Positions 8,044 through 16,742 of a stretch of 30,322 nucleotides of DNA are shown here, in pieces. The position numbers were made by a program, and so were the translations under genes. Within the stretch, counting starts at the first letter, position 1. Each line of letters begins with the position of its first letter. Origin of the DNA: an uncultured Acidobacteriota bacterium (GTDB lineage: Bacteria > Acidobacteriota > Polarisedimenticolia > J045); assembly GCA_964432135.1 (NCBI GenBank), contig CAYSMT010000001.1, positions 7,548 to 37,869 on the forward strand, written 5' to 3'. The notes below the pieces were generated by a model. It was not told the DNA's origin. It made no database searches and saw only the letters and a program-made list of their open reading frames with translations.

Positions 8044-8976
8044 TTATTCACTCTTGATGCGAATTTTGTAGTCGACCGCATAGATCGTAGACGCGCCAAA
8101 ACGTCGCGTACGCCGTTTGCTGAGTCGCGCGCTGAGCTCGCAGATTTCTCCTTCGGCGATCTTGCATATGGCGGGACGATTGACTCCCCAGAGTCCCGTA
8201 GCGCTGGTGCTCGTCTCGGCGCGCACACCACGGCTTTCGTAGCTTTCGCGACTGTACTCGTTAAGGGGATCCTCAGGATCGGAGTTCACCTCGGAGATCG
8301 CGAAGCCGATAAGAAGCGCATGCTGGCCCTTGGGTACGATTTGCTCGAAGATGATCTCGTCCTTGTCCGGCCGGAAGAAGCTCGCCCGCGCGAGAACCAT
8401 TCCTGGCTCGGATTGGCCCGTGAGGATCGCCCCTTTCGTGGCCACGCTGCGACCATCGAGAACGACCTCGTAGTAGCTAATGCGAAAGCTCGAGCGCAAC
8501 CGGACACGGATAAGCCCTGCGCCTTCCGGCAGCGGCTCCGGGACCGACTGTGACAACGGCGCCAGCGTAGCTGTACGACCTGGAGAAAGCGGCGTAAGAG
8601 CAGGAGCGGGGGCCGGCGACGCCGAGGCCTGAGTCACACCTTCTGCTGCGGCCGCCGAAGGCTCGGCCCGGGTTTTGCTGAGCCGACTCTTCGCTGTGGC
8701 ACTTTCGACCAGAGCCAACAGGACCTGGTCAGATACGCCTTTCTTCTTGAGGACTGCGAGCTCTTGCCCCCCGAGTAGCGGCACCTGTTCCATCTTCTCG
8801 ATCCGCGCGATGATGACGTAGTCCGCGACGCCTCCCTCCACCATCGCAATAACCTCTTTGATGGCCGCTTGCTCAAGGGCCGGCTCATTATTGGCGAAAA
8901 TCGATGCTCCCAGGGTGCACACGATCGCAAAGGCCATCAGCCGCCATGCAAAGAAACGAGTCGTCATCTGGATCAT
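8044..8976 (-). CDS. Secreted hypothetical protein: small helical N-domain, Ala/Pro linker, beta-rich C-domain
   Basis: Signal-like N-terminus (RFFAWRLMAFAIVCTLGASIFA), a repeated GV(A/S)D-x-VI helical motif (EGGVADYVII / KKGVSDQVLL) and a low-complexity ASPAPAP linker. Confidence 0.7.
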   Translation of the reverse strand: MIQMTTRFFAWRLMAFAIVCTLGASIFANNEPALEQAAIKEVIAMVEGGVADYVIIARIEKMEQVPLLGGQELAVLKKKGVSDQVLLALVESATAKSRLSKTRAEPSAAAAEGVTQASASPAPAPALTPLSPGRTATLAPLSQSVPEPLPEGAGLIRVRLRSSFRISYYEVVLDGRSVATKGAILTGQSEPGMVLARASFFRPDKDEIIFEQIVPKGQHALLIGFAISEVNSDPEDPLNEYSRESYESRGVRAETSTSATGLWGVNRPAICKIAEGEICELSARLSKRRTRRFGASTIYAVDYKIRIKSE

Positions 8977-9066
8977 CACGTGCGTCTCTCTTCCTGGCCG
9001 GTGGCCATCCGTCATCCTAACCGAGAACTCCGCAGAGTGTGACGCGAGGGGACAAGGAACACGCCC

Positions 9067-9939
9067 TCACATGCGGCCGTTGAACACCGGAAGGGTGCGA
9101 CCGTCAGACCGATCGGCCAGCTGACCCAGCACAAAGTGCAGGCTGCGCTTGCTGGAAGGGCAGCCTTCCACACAAGCACCGCAGTTCGTGCAGCCTTGAT
9201 AGCCCGTCATGTGGCGCGGATCGAGCTGCCAGCTACAGACCTGGACGCAATTCGCTCCCAACAGCTCTGGCTGGCAGGTCGGCTGACGCCAACTGACCCG
9301 CAAGGTCCACGGGATCCGCAGGAGCACGAGGGTCGAACCCACCGGGCAGAGTGTTCGGCACCAAAAGCGCCGTGGCAGAACGAGCTCAAAGAGCAAAAAG
9401 GCAGCAAGCAAGAGCAGGCTCCCTCCACTGACACCACCAAGGAAGATCAGCTCCAGTGGAAGGGCGCTGATCAGCCGCGGGGCTGAAAGGGTGGCGACGA
9501 GAGGAGTTGAGAGCAGTCCAGAAAGCAACATAACCGCCGCGAGCACGGACCATCTTAGGAAAGAAAGGCGCCCCTGGCGCCGCCCTGAGCGCCGGCGACC
9601 ACGGCCCCGCAGCTTATCGATCAATTCTGAGAGAAGACCCCAAGGACAAACCCAACTGCAGAAGACGGGCCCGAGGACGAGCGCGAGCGCAAAAGGAAGC
9701 AACATGCCGAGGAGCAGCGTACGCGACGCGCTCTGGGAAGCGAGGATCGTCGAGAGACCTGTCGCGGGATCAACGAGGTCGATCGGACCCATCTTGAGGC
9801 TCGCCAGCGTACCGAGCACGCTTTCCTGTCCCCATCGATAGCTCAGGGGCAGCAAGAGGAAAAAGAGCACAAACGCGATCTGACTCGTACGCCGCCAACG
9901 TGTCCAACGGATCTGCCAGGTCCTAGCTCCGAAGGACAC
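9067..9939 (-). CDS. napH: NapH/MauN-family membrane ferredoxin (quinol dehydrogenase subunit)
   Basis: GTG 9939 follows GGAGG and overlaps the napG stop. Several TM helices, two CxxxCP motifs (FCSWVCPWG, WCRTLCPVG) and C-terminal 4Fe-4S motifs (CTNCGACVEGCP). Confidence 0.88.
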   Translation of the reverse strand: MSFGARTWQIRWTRWRRTSQIAFVLFFLLLPLSYRWGQESVLGTLASLKMGPIDLVDPATGLSTILASQSASRTLLLGMLLPFALALVLGPVFCSWVCPWGLLSELIDKLRGRGRRRSGRRQGRLSFLRWSVLAAVMLLSGLLSTPLVATLSAPRLISALPLELIFLGGVSGGSLLLLAAFLLFELVLPRRFWCRTLCPVGSTLVLLRIPWTLRVSWRQPTCQPELLGANCVQVCSWQLDPRHMTGYQGCTNCGACVEGCPSSKRSLHFVLGQLADRSDGRTLPVFNGRM

Positions 9940-10417
9940 GGATCGCCTCCGGCTCAGCCGGGCAAACCTTGACGCAGATCCCACATCCAACGCAGTACTT
10001 CGGGTCTACTCGTGGCTGAAGTAAAAGGTCCTGAATCAGCGCCGTTCCTTGGAAGGGGCAGGCATCGACGCAAGTGCGACAAAGAATCCCGCGAAACGCA
10101 AAGCAGCTCTGCTCATCAACGACCGCCTCGCCCATGTCGACCTTATCTTTGGCCACCGGCTCGAGGGCACCGCTCGGACAAAGCTCTGGGCAGATCATGC
10201 ACAAGTAACAGGGCACATCCCGCGGCTCGAGCACCGGTGTTCCGACAGCAAGGCCATACTTCCAGCTTGCCGACTTGATTGACTGGTAGGGACAGGAGCC
10301 TGTGCAACGCTGACACTTAATGCACAGCTCGAGAAACTCAGCCTCCGGACGCGCTCCCGGAGGGCGCAGCTCCTGACTGAAGAAGGTAGAGAAGAAGGAT
10401 CGACGCGTCGTACCCAT
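9923..10417 (-). CDS. napG: NapG/MauM-family 4x[4Fe-4S] ferredoxin
   Basis: LRPPGA motif followed by CIKCQRCTGSCP, CYLCMICPELCP, C...LCRTCVDACP and CVGCGICVKVCP. Adjacent to napH and napD. Confidence 0.88.
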   Translation of the reverse strand: MGTTRRSFFSTFFSQELRPPGARPEAEFLELCIKCQRCTGSCPYQSIKSASWKYGLAVGTPVLEPRDVPCYLCMICPELCPSGALEPVAKDKVDMGEAVVDEQSCFAFRGILCRTCVDACPFQGTALIQDLLLQPRVDPKYCVGCGICVKVCPAEPEAIRVLRS

Positions 10418-10589
10418 GATCTCGTCGCTGCGCCTCCCGACACCCGAAGGCTTCCGGTGGGCTCGTCACCGGAATCGCCTGATGAATCCGGTAGCTCGCG
10501 AAGGCAAAGATAGATTGCCACCGGCAAATCACACGACAGCAACAAGGCCATCCTGAGAAATACCGGCCTTCCCGCAGCTCGGATAATAC

Positions 10590-10883
10590 CTAGCCGGCGT
10601 CCTCCGCGGCCCGACGGGCGAGACCACCGACCTCCTCCCAAGGAGCCTCGTCAGCGCGTCCCACGAAGGTCGGAAAAACACCGACCAGCTCTTCATCCTC
10701 TTGGATGAGTTGTTCGACGCTCTCGAGCAGCAGCTTACCGCTTGCCGTTGACCACACACCGGCGAGACGGCGATCGCCATCACCACCGACGAGCTCAAGA
10801 CCGTCGATCTTCGCCAAACGAGCAGCGGCTCGGGGTGCCCGCCCCGGGAGAGTCTCAATAACGACCCCGGCAACGACAGGCAC
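10590..10883 (-). CDS. napD: NapD chaperone
   Basis: GTG 10883 follows AGAGGA (MPVVAGVVIETLPG...). About 97 aa with a ferredoxin-like beta-alpha-beta pattern, directly downstream of napA. Confidence 0.8.
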   Translation of the reverse strand: MPVVAGVVIETLPGRAPRAAARLAKIDGLELVGGDGDRRLAGVWSTASGKLLLESVEQLIQEDEELVGVFPTFVGRADEAPWEEVGGLARRAAEDAG

Positions 10884-10942
10884 CCCTTCCTCTGGGAAGG
10901 TTCCGGGCCAGATCCCTGACCCGGAACACTCGACTTCGTTCT

Positions 10943-13201
10943 TCACACCTTCTCCAACTTCACGGCGCAGATCTTGAACTCCGGTTGCTTCGATCCGGGA
11001 TCGTAGGCGTCGATAGTAATCAAGTTACACATCCGCTGGGGATCATGCATGTTGACGAATACTGTCCCTTGTGGGCTGGTATCAGTCACGTTAACGCGGA
11101 AAACCTCGCTGCCACGACGCGAGCTCACACGCAAAGCACCTCCTGCCTTCACACCGAGCTTCGAGGCATCTGCGGGATGAATCTCAATCCGCGCCTCGGC
11201 ATTGGCGTGTGCGAGCTCCTTGCACTTCTGCGTCATCGTACCGGTGTGCCATTGCTCGATCACACGACCGGTCGTGAAGTAGTAGGGATACTCTGCATCC
11301 GGCACCTCAGCCGGATCAGCCATCGGACGAAGCCACACAACAGCCTTCTTGTTCGGCTTGCCATAGAACATCATCCGATGTGGCCAATCCTTCGGAACGA
11401 GGGGGTCAGCACCCTTGACATAGCGTCGCTTCGTTCCAGGATGCCCTTCTTCTGGGCAGGGCCAAAGCACGCCGTGATCCTTGTGCAGGCGGTCGCGTGT
11501 GATGCCCCAGAAAGCGTAGGGCGTATCCTTGGCGATCTGTCGAATCTCGTCCCAGGCGTCGGCCGGAGTCTTGAAGGGGAGGATCTTCTCGAAGCCAGCA
11601 CGGCGGCCAATATCACAGAGAATCTGGAAATCTGTGCGTGCTTCACCGGGGGGCTCGACAGCCTTGGCATCAAGCTGATAACGCCGCTCGGAACAACCGT
11701 AGACACCTTCCTTCTCTGACCACGCCGCTGCGGGAAGCACAACATCCGCAAGCTCCGTGGTACGGGTCGGATAAATATCAGAGACGACAACAAAGGTATC
11801 TTTGCTCTGCATGCCCTTGCGATAGCGGGTCACGTTGGGCAACGATTGTCCTGGGTTCGTGCACATGATGTAGATGCACTTGATCGTGCCTTCGTCCAGG
11901 CCGCGGAACATGTCGACGGCGTTCTTGCCCTTTGTCGATGGCAAGGTCCCGGGCTCGAGGCCCCAGAGTTTCTCCATCGTCGCACGATGAGCCGGCTTAC
12001 CGGACAGCCGTCCATAGGGCAGGAGATGAGACAAACCGCCTTGGTCGCGAACACCGCCGCAGGCATTCGGCTGGCCCGTCAACGAGAAGGTCGTGTTGCC
12101 CGGCGTACCGATCTTCCCTGTGATCAGGTGTAGATTGTGAACTAAGTTATTTGCCCACACTCCGCGGCTGCGCTGATTGAGACCCATACACCACATCGAC
12201 ATCGTCGCCTTGCCTTTGGCACCAAACAGCCGCGCCGCTGCGACGATCTGCTCCTTCGGGCAGCCGGTGATCTTGGCGGCCTTCTCGGGAGAGTAGGCTT
12301 CGAGGAACTTGAGGTAGTCAGCCCAATTTTTGTCGACGGTCTTGACTTGACCGAAGGCGAGCTGACTCTTGATGAACTCGTGATCGATCAGGTTTTCTTT
12401 GATCAGGATATGGGCAAAGGCGTTGAGGATCGCCAGATCGGTTCCTGGCTTGAACTGCAAATGCATGTCCGCGATGCGTGAGGTCGGTGTGCGCCGCGGA
12501 TCGATAACAACGACTTTGACGCCTTTGTCAGCCTGTTTGCGCCGCGCGATACGCTGGAAGAGGATCGGATGCGCCTCGGCGGTGTTCGAGCCCACCAGAA
12601 AGAAGGTGTCGGCGTAATCGATGTCTTCATAACAGCCCATCGGCTCATCTTTGCCGAAGGTCGTTACATAACCACCAACGGCAGAAGCCATACAAAGACG
12701 TGGATTACCTTCAATATTGTTGGTCCGAAAACCCGCGCGGAAGAGCTTGTTCGCGGCGTAGGACTCCTCGGTATAAGCCTGCCCCGAACCGTAGAAGGCC
12801 ACCGAGTCCGGCCCGTGCTTCTTGGCTGAGTCTTTGAATCTCTTGACAATCAGCTTTAATGCCTCGTCCCAAGTCGCCTCTTTGAGCTCGCCCTTCTTGT
12901 TGCGGATCAGCGGCTTGGTGAGACGAGACTCATCGTAGAGGATTTGCGGTAGCAGGAATCCCTTTAAGCAGAGGAATCCATTGTTGTGGTTGTCTTTGTC
13001 ACCCTTGACGGCGATGAGGCGACCGTTCTTGGTGCCCTTGTAAAGACCGCAACCGGTGCCACAGTAGCGGCACACGCCCTTGGTCCACTTCACACTTCCG
13101 TCCGCTACGCTCTGTGCGAGGGTCTCGGTCGGCTTGCCGAGTGCAGCGATAGCCGATGCTGCGGCAGTGGTGAAGAGGAAGTTCCTTCGAGTAACCTTCA
13201 T
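10943..13201 (-). CDS. napA: Periplasmic nitrate reductase catalytic subunit NapA (short, Desulfovibrio-like type)
   Basis: TAT motif TRRNFL, [4Fe-4S] motif CRYCGTGC, Mo-ligand region EGNPRLCMASAVGGYVTTFGKDEPMG, GQPNACGG and C-terminal QPEFKICAV. AAGGAGG RBS before ATG 13201. Confidence 0.96.
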   Translation of the reverse strand: MKVTRRNFLFTTAAASAIAALGKPTETLAQSVADGSVKWTKGVCRYCGTGCGLYKGTKNGRLIAVKGDKDNHNNGFLCLKGFLLPQILYDESRLTKPLIRNKKGELKEATWDEALKLIVKRFKDSAKKHGPDSVAFYGSGQAYTEESYAANKLFRAGFRTNNIEGNPRLCMASAVGGYVTTFGKDEPMGCYEDIDYADTFFLVGSNTAEAHPILFQRIARRKQADKGVKVVVIDPRRTPTSRIADMHLQFKPGTDLAILNAFAHILIKENLIDHEFIKSQLAFGQVKTVDKNWADYLKFLEAYSPEKAAKITGCPKEQIVAAARLFGAKGKATMSMWCMGLNQRSRGVWANNLVHNLHLITGKIGTPGNTTFSLTGQPNACGGVRDQGGLSHLLPYGRLSGKPAHRATMEKLWGLEPGTLPSTKGKNAVDMFRGLDEGTIKCIYIMCTNPGQSLPNVTRYRKGMQSKDTFVVVSDIYPTRTTELADVVLPAAAWSEKEGVYGCSERRYQLDAKAVEPPGEARTDFQILCDIGRRAGFEKILPFKTPADAWDEIRQIAKDTPYAFWGITRDRLHKDHGVLWPCPEEGHPGTKRRYVKGADPLVPKDWPHRMMFYGKPNKKAVVWLRPMADPAEVPDAEYPYYFTTGRVIEQWHTGTMTQKCKELAHANAEARIEIHPADASKLGVKAGGALRVSSRRGSEVFRVNVTDTSPQGTVFVNMHDPQRMCNLITIDAYDPGSKQPEFKICAVKLEKV

Positions 13202-13213
13202 CACTTCCTCCTT

Positions 13214-13588
13214 TCACATCCCATGAGGGGTGAGTGCGTGGGCAGGATGGCAAGTGAAGCAGGTCTTGCCTTTCATCGCGCTTCCGCTCATCGACGCGAG
13301 CTGATCTGCGTGACAGCTCACGCAACGCGCCATGCTCGGCTGAATGGCGAAATCCTCTCCCACCGAACCGTGGCAAACGACGCACTTGACGTTAAACAGG
13401 CCGTGAGAGCTTGAAAACCACTCTTTGAAGATCTCGGGCGTGCCCTTTTCGTGGCAGGCCGCACAGTCCTTCGCCCTGCCCATCCCGACTGGGTGTTCGG
13501 CTTTGGGAGCATCCGCAGCAAACGCAACTCCCAACGCCAGGACACCTGCCAGCAGCACGACTCCCATGGCCAGTCGGTGCAGCTTCAT
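13214..13588 (-). CDS. napM: Small periplasmic tetraheme cytochrome c (NapM-like)
   Basis: GGAGG RBS, signal peptide and four CxxCH motifs (CAACH, CVVCH, CVSCH, CFTCH). Immediately upstream of napA, as in Desulfovibrio napCMADGH. Confidence 0.82.
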   Translation of the reverse strand: MKLHRLAMGVVLLAGVLALGVAFAADAPKAEHPVGMGRAKDCAACHEKGTPEIFKEWFSSSHGLFNVKCVVCHGSVGEDFAIQPSMARCVSCHADQLASMSGSAMKGKTCFTCHPAHALTPHGM

Positions 13589-13679
13589 GTCGTTCCTCCC
13601 TTCGTTGATGCGCAGTGGCACCCCGCCTTCCAGCGTTGGGCGTTCCGCTTGGGAAGCCGGGGTGCGGTTTCGCCCATGC

Positions 13680-15206
13680 TCAGCCGCCGACTTTCACGCC
13701 GCCGAAGCTGTACTTGATGGTCGTACGCAGCTCGTAGGCTGCCTCATCCCACTTGTCGGTACCGTTAACCAGATAGAGCGCGCCATCCCCCGGGCTAAAG
13801 TAACCGGTACGGAAGATCCACAGAAGACCCGGATAGACCTTCCAGTGCAGGCGCATGTCGACCTCCCAGCCGAGATCATCAGAGGTAGAGACCGCGTCGA
13901 GATCGCCAGCTTCGAGCCCGTAGGATCCGCCCGCCTCAGCCCAAGCAAAAATCGGCTCCGTCGCCTGCATCCAGGTTCCGGAAACAAAGTAAGTCAGCTG
14001 CGGGTTGATCTTCCAGGTGTAGTTAGCTTGCACGAGAGTCGTGTTCTCGAACTCTCGGTAGCCACGGGAGGCCGGTGAGCCGAGACCCTGGGGAGTGATT
14101 CCCTCTTCGTCGGGCATCACGGAGTCTTCCCATACCTCGGTCACATAGAAGAAGCCGTTGGTGCGGATGCGGTTGATGTTGCCGTCGCCGCGCAGCGGGT
14201 CGTCGTCACCCGAGCCCATGCCGAAGAGCATGCCGAACTTGCCGGGGCCAGCGGGCACCTTGGCATCAAAATAGAAGTTATAGCCAGAGAGGTCACCGTC
14301 ATTGACGTCAATGATCTGCTTGAGATCGGAGGAGGAGTTCGCGATATCGTCGTCGCCGCCAAGGAAGTCCGCCTCTCCCTTGAGCTCCCACTTCCCGACC
14401 TTGCCATTGAAGGCGAAGCCGAGAGCGTAGGCCTTGGAGACCTGCGGCGTGAAGCGCGCGCGGAAGTATTGCAGACCGTTGGGGATGTAGGAGCGACGCG
14501 AAGCCTTACCCCCATCCACGTAGTAGGCGAGGAAGGGGTTGACGGTCCAGTTTTTCCCCTTGTGAACGTAGTCGAGGGTGTAAAGGGTCGCATCCTCTGT
14601 GGAGAATCCCATGGGGCCGATGGCGCTTTCATCGGAGAGCGAGTCGGCACCTTCGGACATCTTCGCCCAGCCAAAGCTGAAGCGGCCATCGTCCAGGAGC
14701 TTGGTCGCGATGACGCCGTCGTTGTCTTGGTCGAGAACGAGCATGTTACCGAGCTTGTTCTTCATGCGACCAATCTTGAAGTTCCAACCCCAATCGGGAT
14801 GCGTGAAGTCTACATAGGCCCAGTCGATGTGGGTCACGAAGTTCGTGTCCTTGCGGCCGAACAAGGAGGAGAAACCACCCTCGGAGGGGTTGCGGCGGAA
14901 GTTGTCGATGCCCCAGATCGACTGGGCCACATCGCCGCGCACGACCATCTTAATGTTTTCACCGACGCCGAATTGCGCTGTCAAGCGCACCATCTGGATC
15001 GCGTATTCATCTTTGTCCGAAACACCCCCAACAAAAGGAGCGTCCGCACTCTTACCGAAGAAGAAGTTATTCTGGCTGTATCCATTCATGGCATAAAAAC
15101 CAGACAACTTGAACCAAGGCTTGGCTTTACCATCGTCGCCGGCGAAGCTCGGCATGACCATCGCAGCGAGCACACAGACCACGATGGCAAGTTTGATCTT
15201 GCTCAT
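13680..15206 (-). CDS. Outer-membrane beta-barrel protein (porin / alginate-export-like)
   Basis: ATG 15206 follows AAGGGG. Signal peptide ending ...MPSFA. Rich in Gly, aromatic residues and Asp with alternating beta-strand patterns, no Cys in the mature part, and terminal strand YELRTTIKYSF followed by a short tail. Confidence 0.75.
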   Translation of the reverse strand: MSKIKLAIVVCVLAAMVMPSFAGDDGKAKPWFKLSGFYAMNGYSQNNFFFGKSADAPFVGGVSDKDEYAIQMVRLTAQFGVGENIKMVVRGDVAQSIWGIDNFRRNPSEGGFSSLFGRKDTNFVTHIDWAYVDFTHPDWGWNFKIGRMKNKLGNMLVLDQDNDGVIATKLLDDGRFSFGWAKMSEGADSLSDESAIGPMGFSTEDATLYTLDYVHKGKNWTVNPFLAYYVDGGKASRRSYIPNGLQYFRARFTPQVSKAYALGFAFNGKVGKWELKGEADFLGGDDDIANSSSDLKQIIDVNDGDLSGYNFYFDAKVPAGPGKFGMLFGMGSGDDDPLRGDGNINRIRTNGFFYVTEVWEDSVMPDEEGITPQGLGSPASRGYREFENTTLVQANYTWKINPQLTYFVSGTWMQATEPIFAWAEAGGSYGLEAGDLDAVSTSDDLGWEVDMRLHWKVYPGLLWIFRTGYFSPGDGALYLVNGTDKWDEAAYELRTTIKYSFGGVKVGG

Positions 15207-15310
15207 TGGCGTCCCCTTATTGCCCCCTGCGAATCCCGCCGGGGCGGATACGAGTTGAACGAGCCGGCCGCGCGTTTCCGTAGGCCGGCCCGATCGTCTG
15301 ACGGCTATGG

Positions 15311-16666
15311 CTAGTGGATCTCCTGGTTGTAGCGCTTTTTGTAGAACTCGAGATTGGCCTTGCGCTGTTCCTCGGTCATGCCCTTGAGCCACTGGTGTTC
15401 TTTCATCTGCTTGGCTTTGCGGGTCACCCCGGGCTTGAGCTTCTCGGCCATCGGAAGGAACTTCATATAGAAGTGTTGCGCCACCTCGTAGAACCCGTGC
15501 CACTGGGTGTAGTCCGGCCCCATCATTGACGCACCCATGCGCGCCCGGCGCCCCTCGTGATGCCACAACTCGAAGTACACCCACTCAATAGGCTCATCAA
15601 AGGGCGTCGCAGTGAGTTTTCCGGACTTCTTGAGGTCGTCCATGATGTCGCGGGCAGGAATACCGAACTTGCGGTTGTAATGATCGACTGCGGCGTCATA
15701 CATCGTGTAGAAATTGTCGACCCAGGTCGTTCCGTGACACTCGAGACAGACCTTCTTCATTTTTCCCCTGCGCTCGGCGGAGTTCTCGAGATCTTTCGAA
15801 ACCGGCGGTCGGTTCGTGCGGGAGATGCGGGCTCCGATATCGTGAGTGACCTCCATCGTCGGCGTCGCGGAGACATGACAGGTCGCGCAGGTCGGTGCTG
15901 CGATATAGTCCTCGCCGACGACCCATTTGGTCCGGTCCATGTTCATCTCGTCACGGTGAGAGACGAAGTTGATGCCGTGCTTGGACTCTTCAAAAATCTC
16001 GATCTGCGGGTGATCCGGGCCCATGTGGCACCGACCGCAAGTGTGCGGCTCGCGCACCTGCTCGAGCGCGAAGCTGTGCCGGAGGTGGCAGGCGGTGCAG
16101 GTACCGTTTGATCCATCCGGGTTGATTCTGCCGATACCGGTATTCGGCCAAGTTCCAGCGACGGGCCGGCCGTCCTTGTCGATCTCGACGATCGAGCCAT
16201 GGCACTGGCGACAGCCGAGGTTGGCGGCCGGCGTACCCTCAATGACCTCGCCAAGCAAGTTGTCCATTGAACCGATGAACTGTGCGGCGTTCGCGTGATG
16301 TGATGGGGTGAACTCCTCAAACTGCTTCTGGTGGCATTCCTTACAATCCTGCGGCGACGGGACCTGGCTGACATTGTAGCCCTCGTGCTTCCACAGATCG
16401 GGATCGCCTTCCTTGGCCTCGTGGCAGGACTGGCAGCCGATGCCCTTCTCCGCGTGACGTGAAAGCTCCCACTGGCGACTCCAGGTCACGGCGATGTGCT
16501 TCTCGTCGTGACAGTCGATGCAAGCCTTGGTTGTGGCATCTGCGTAGGCGCGCGCCGCGTTCTCGGGCTTGTGCCGACTCTTTTCAATGAAACCCACGGT
16601 GATGACGGCGGCCAGGAAGGCCAGGGCGAAGATGGCGACGATGAATTTCTTGAACTGGAGGCTCAT
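15311..16666 (-). CDS. Membrane-anchored octaheme cytochrome c of the hydroxylamine oxidoreductase family (epsilon-Hao/reductive-type)
   Basis: GAGGGAGG RBS before ATG 16666 and an N-terminal hydrophobic helix. Eight CxxCH motifs (CIDCH, CQSCH, CKECH, CRQCH, CTACH, CGRCH, CATCH, CLECH). HAO-type CHMGPDHPQ...SKHG and C-terminal GPDYTQWHG. Confidence 0.88.
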   Translation of the reverse strand: MSLQFKKFIVAIFALAFLAAVITVGFIEKSRHKPENAARAYADATTKACIDCHDEKHIAVTWSRQWELSRHAEKGIGCQSCHEAKEGDPDLWKHEGYNVSQVPSPQDCKECHQKQFEEFTPSHHANAAQFIGSMDNLLGEVIEGTPAANLGCRQCHGSIVEIDKDGRPVAGTWPNTGIGRINPDGSNGTCTACHLRHSFALEQVREPHTCGRCHMGPDHPQIEIFEESKHGINFVSHRDEMNMDRTKWVVGEDYIAAPTCATCHVSATPTMEVTHDIGARISRTNRPPVSKDLENSAERRGKMKKVCLECHGTTWVDNFYTMYDAAVDHYNRKFGIPARDIMDDLKKSGKLTATPFDEPIEWVYFELWHHEGRRARMGASMMGPDYTQWHGFYEVAQHFYMKFLPMAEKLKPGVTRKAKQMKEHQWLKGMTEEQRKANLEFYKKRYNQEIH

Positions 16667-16742
16667 GACCCCTCCCTCAGCGTAAGAGCGTGATCGAAGT
16701 GTAAAAGTGCTTGGCAACAATGCGACGACCTGCCACGACCCG

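Noticed and set aside
10943-13201. Molybdoenzyme as formate dehydrogenase, assimilatory Nas or perchlorate reductase
   Set aside because: The TAT signal, NPRLCMASA / GKDEPMG / QPNACGG motifs and napD/G/H context fit NapA.
13620-13665. Imperfect hairpins between operon genes (also about 15262-15290) as Rho-independent terminators splitting the operon
   Set aside because: No U-tract on the coding strand. They are more likely mRNA-stability elements, and too weak to call.
15207-15584. 126-codon N-terminal extension of the beta-barrel ORF in the track
   Set aside because: It overlaps the octaheme gene in another frame. The RBS and signal peptide point to ATG 15206.
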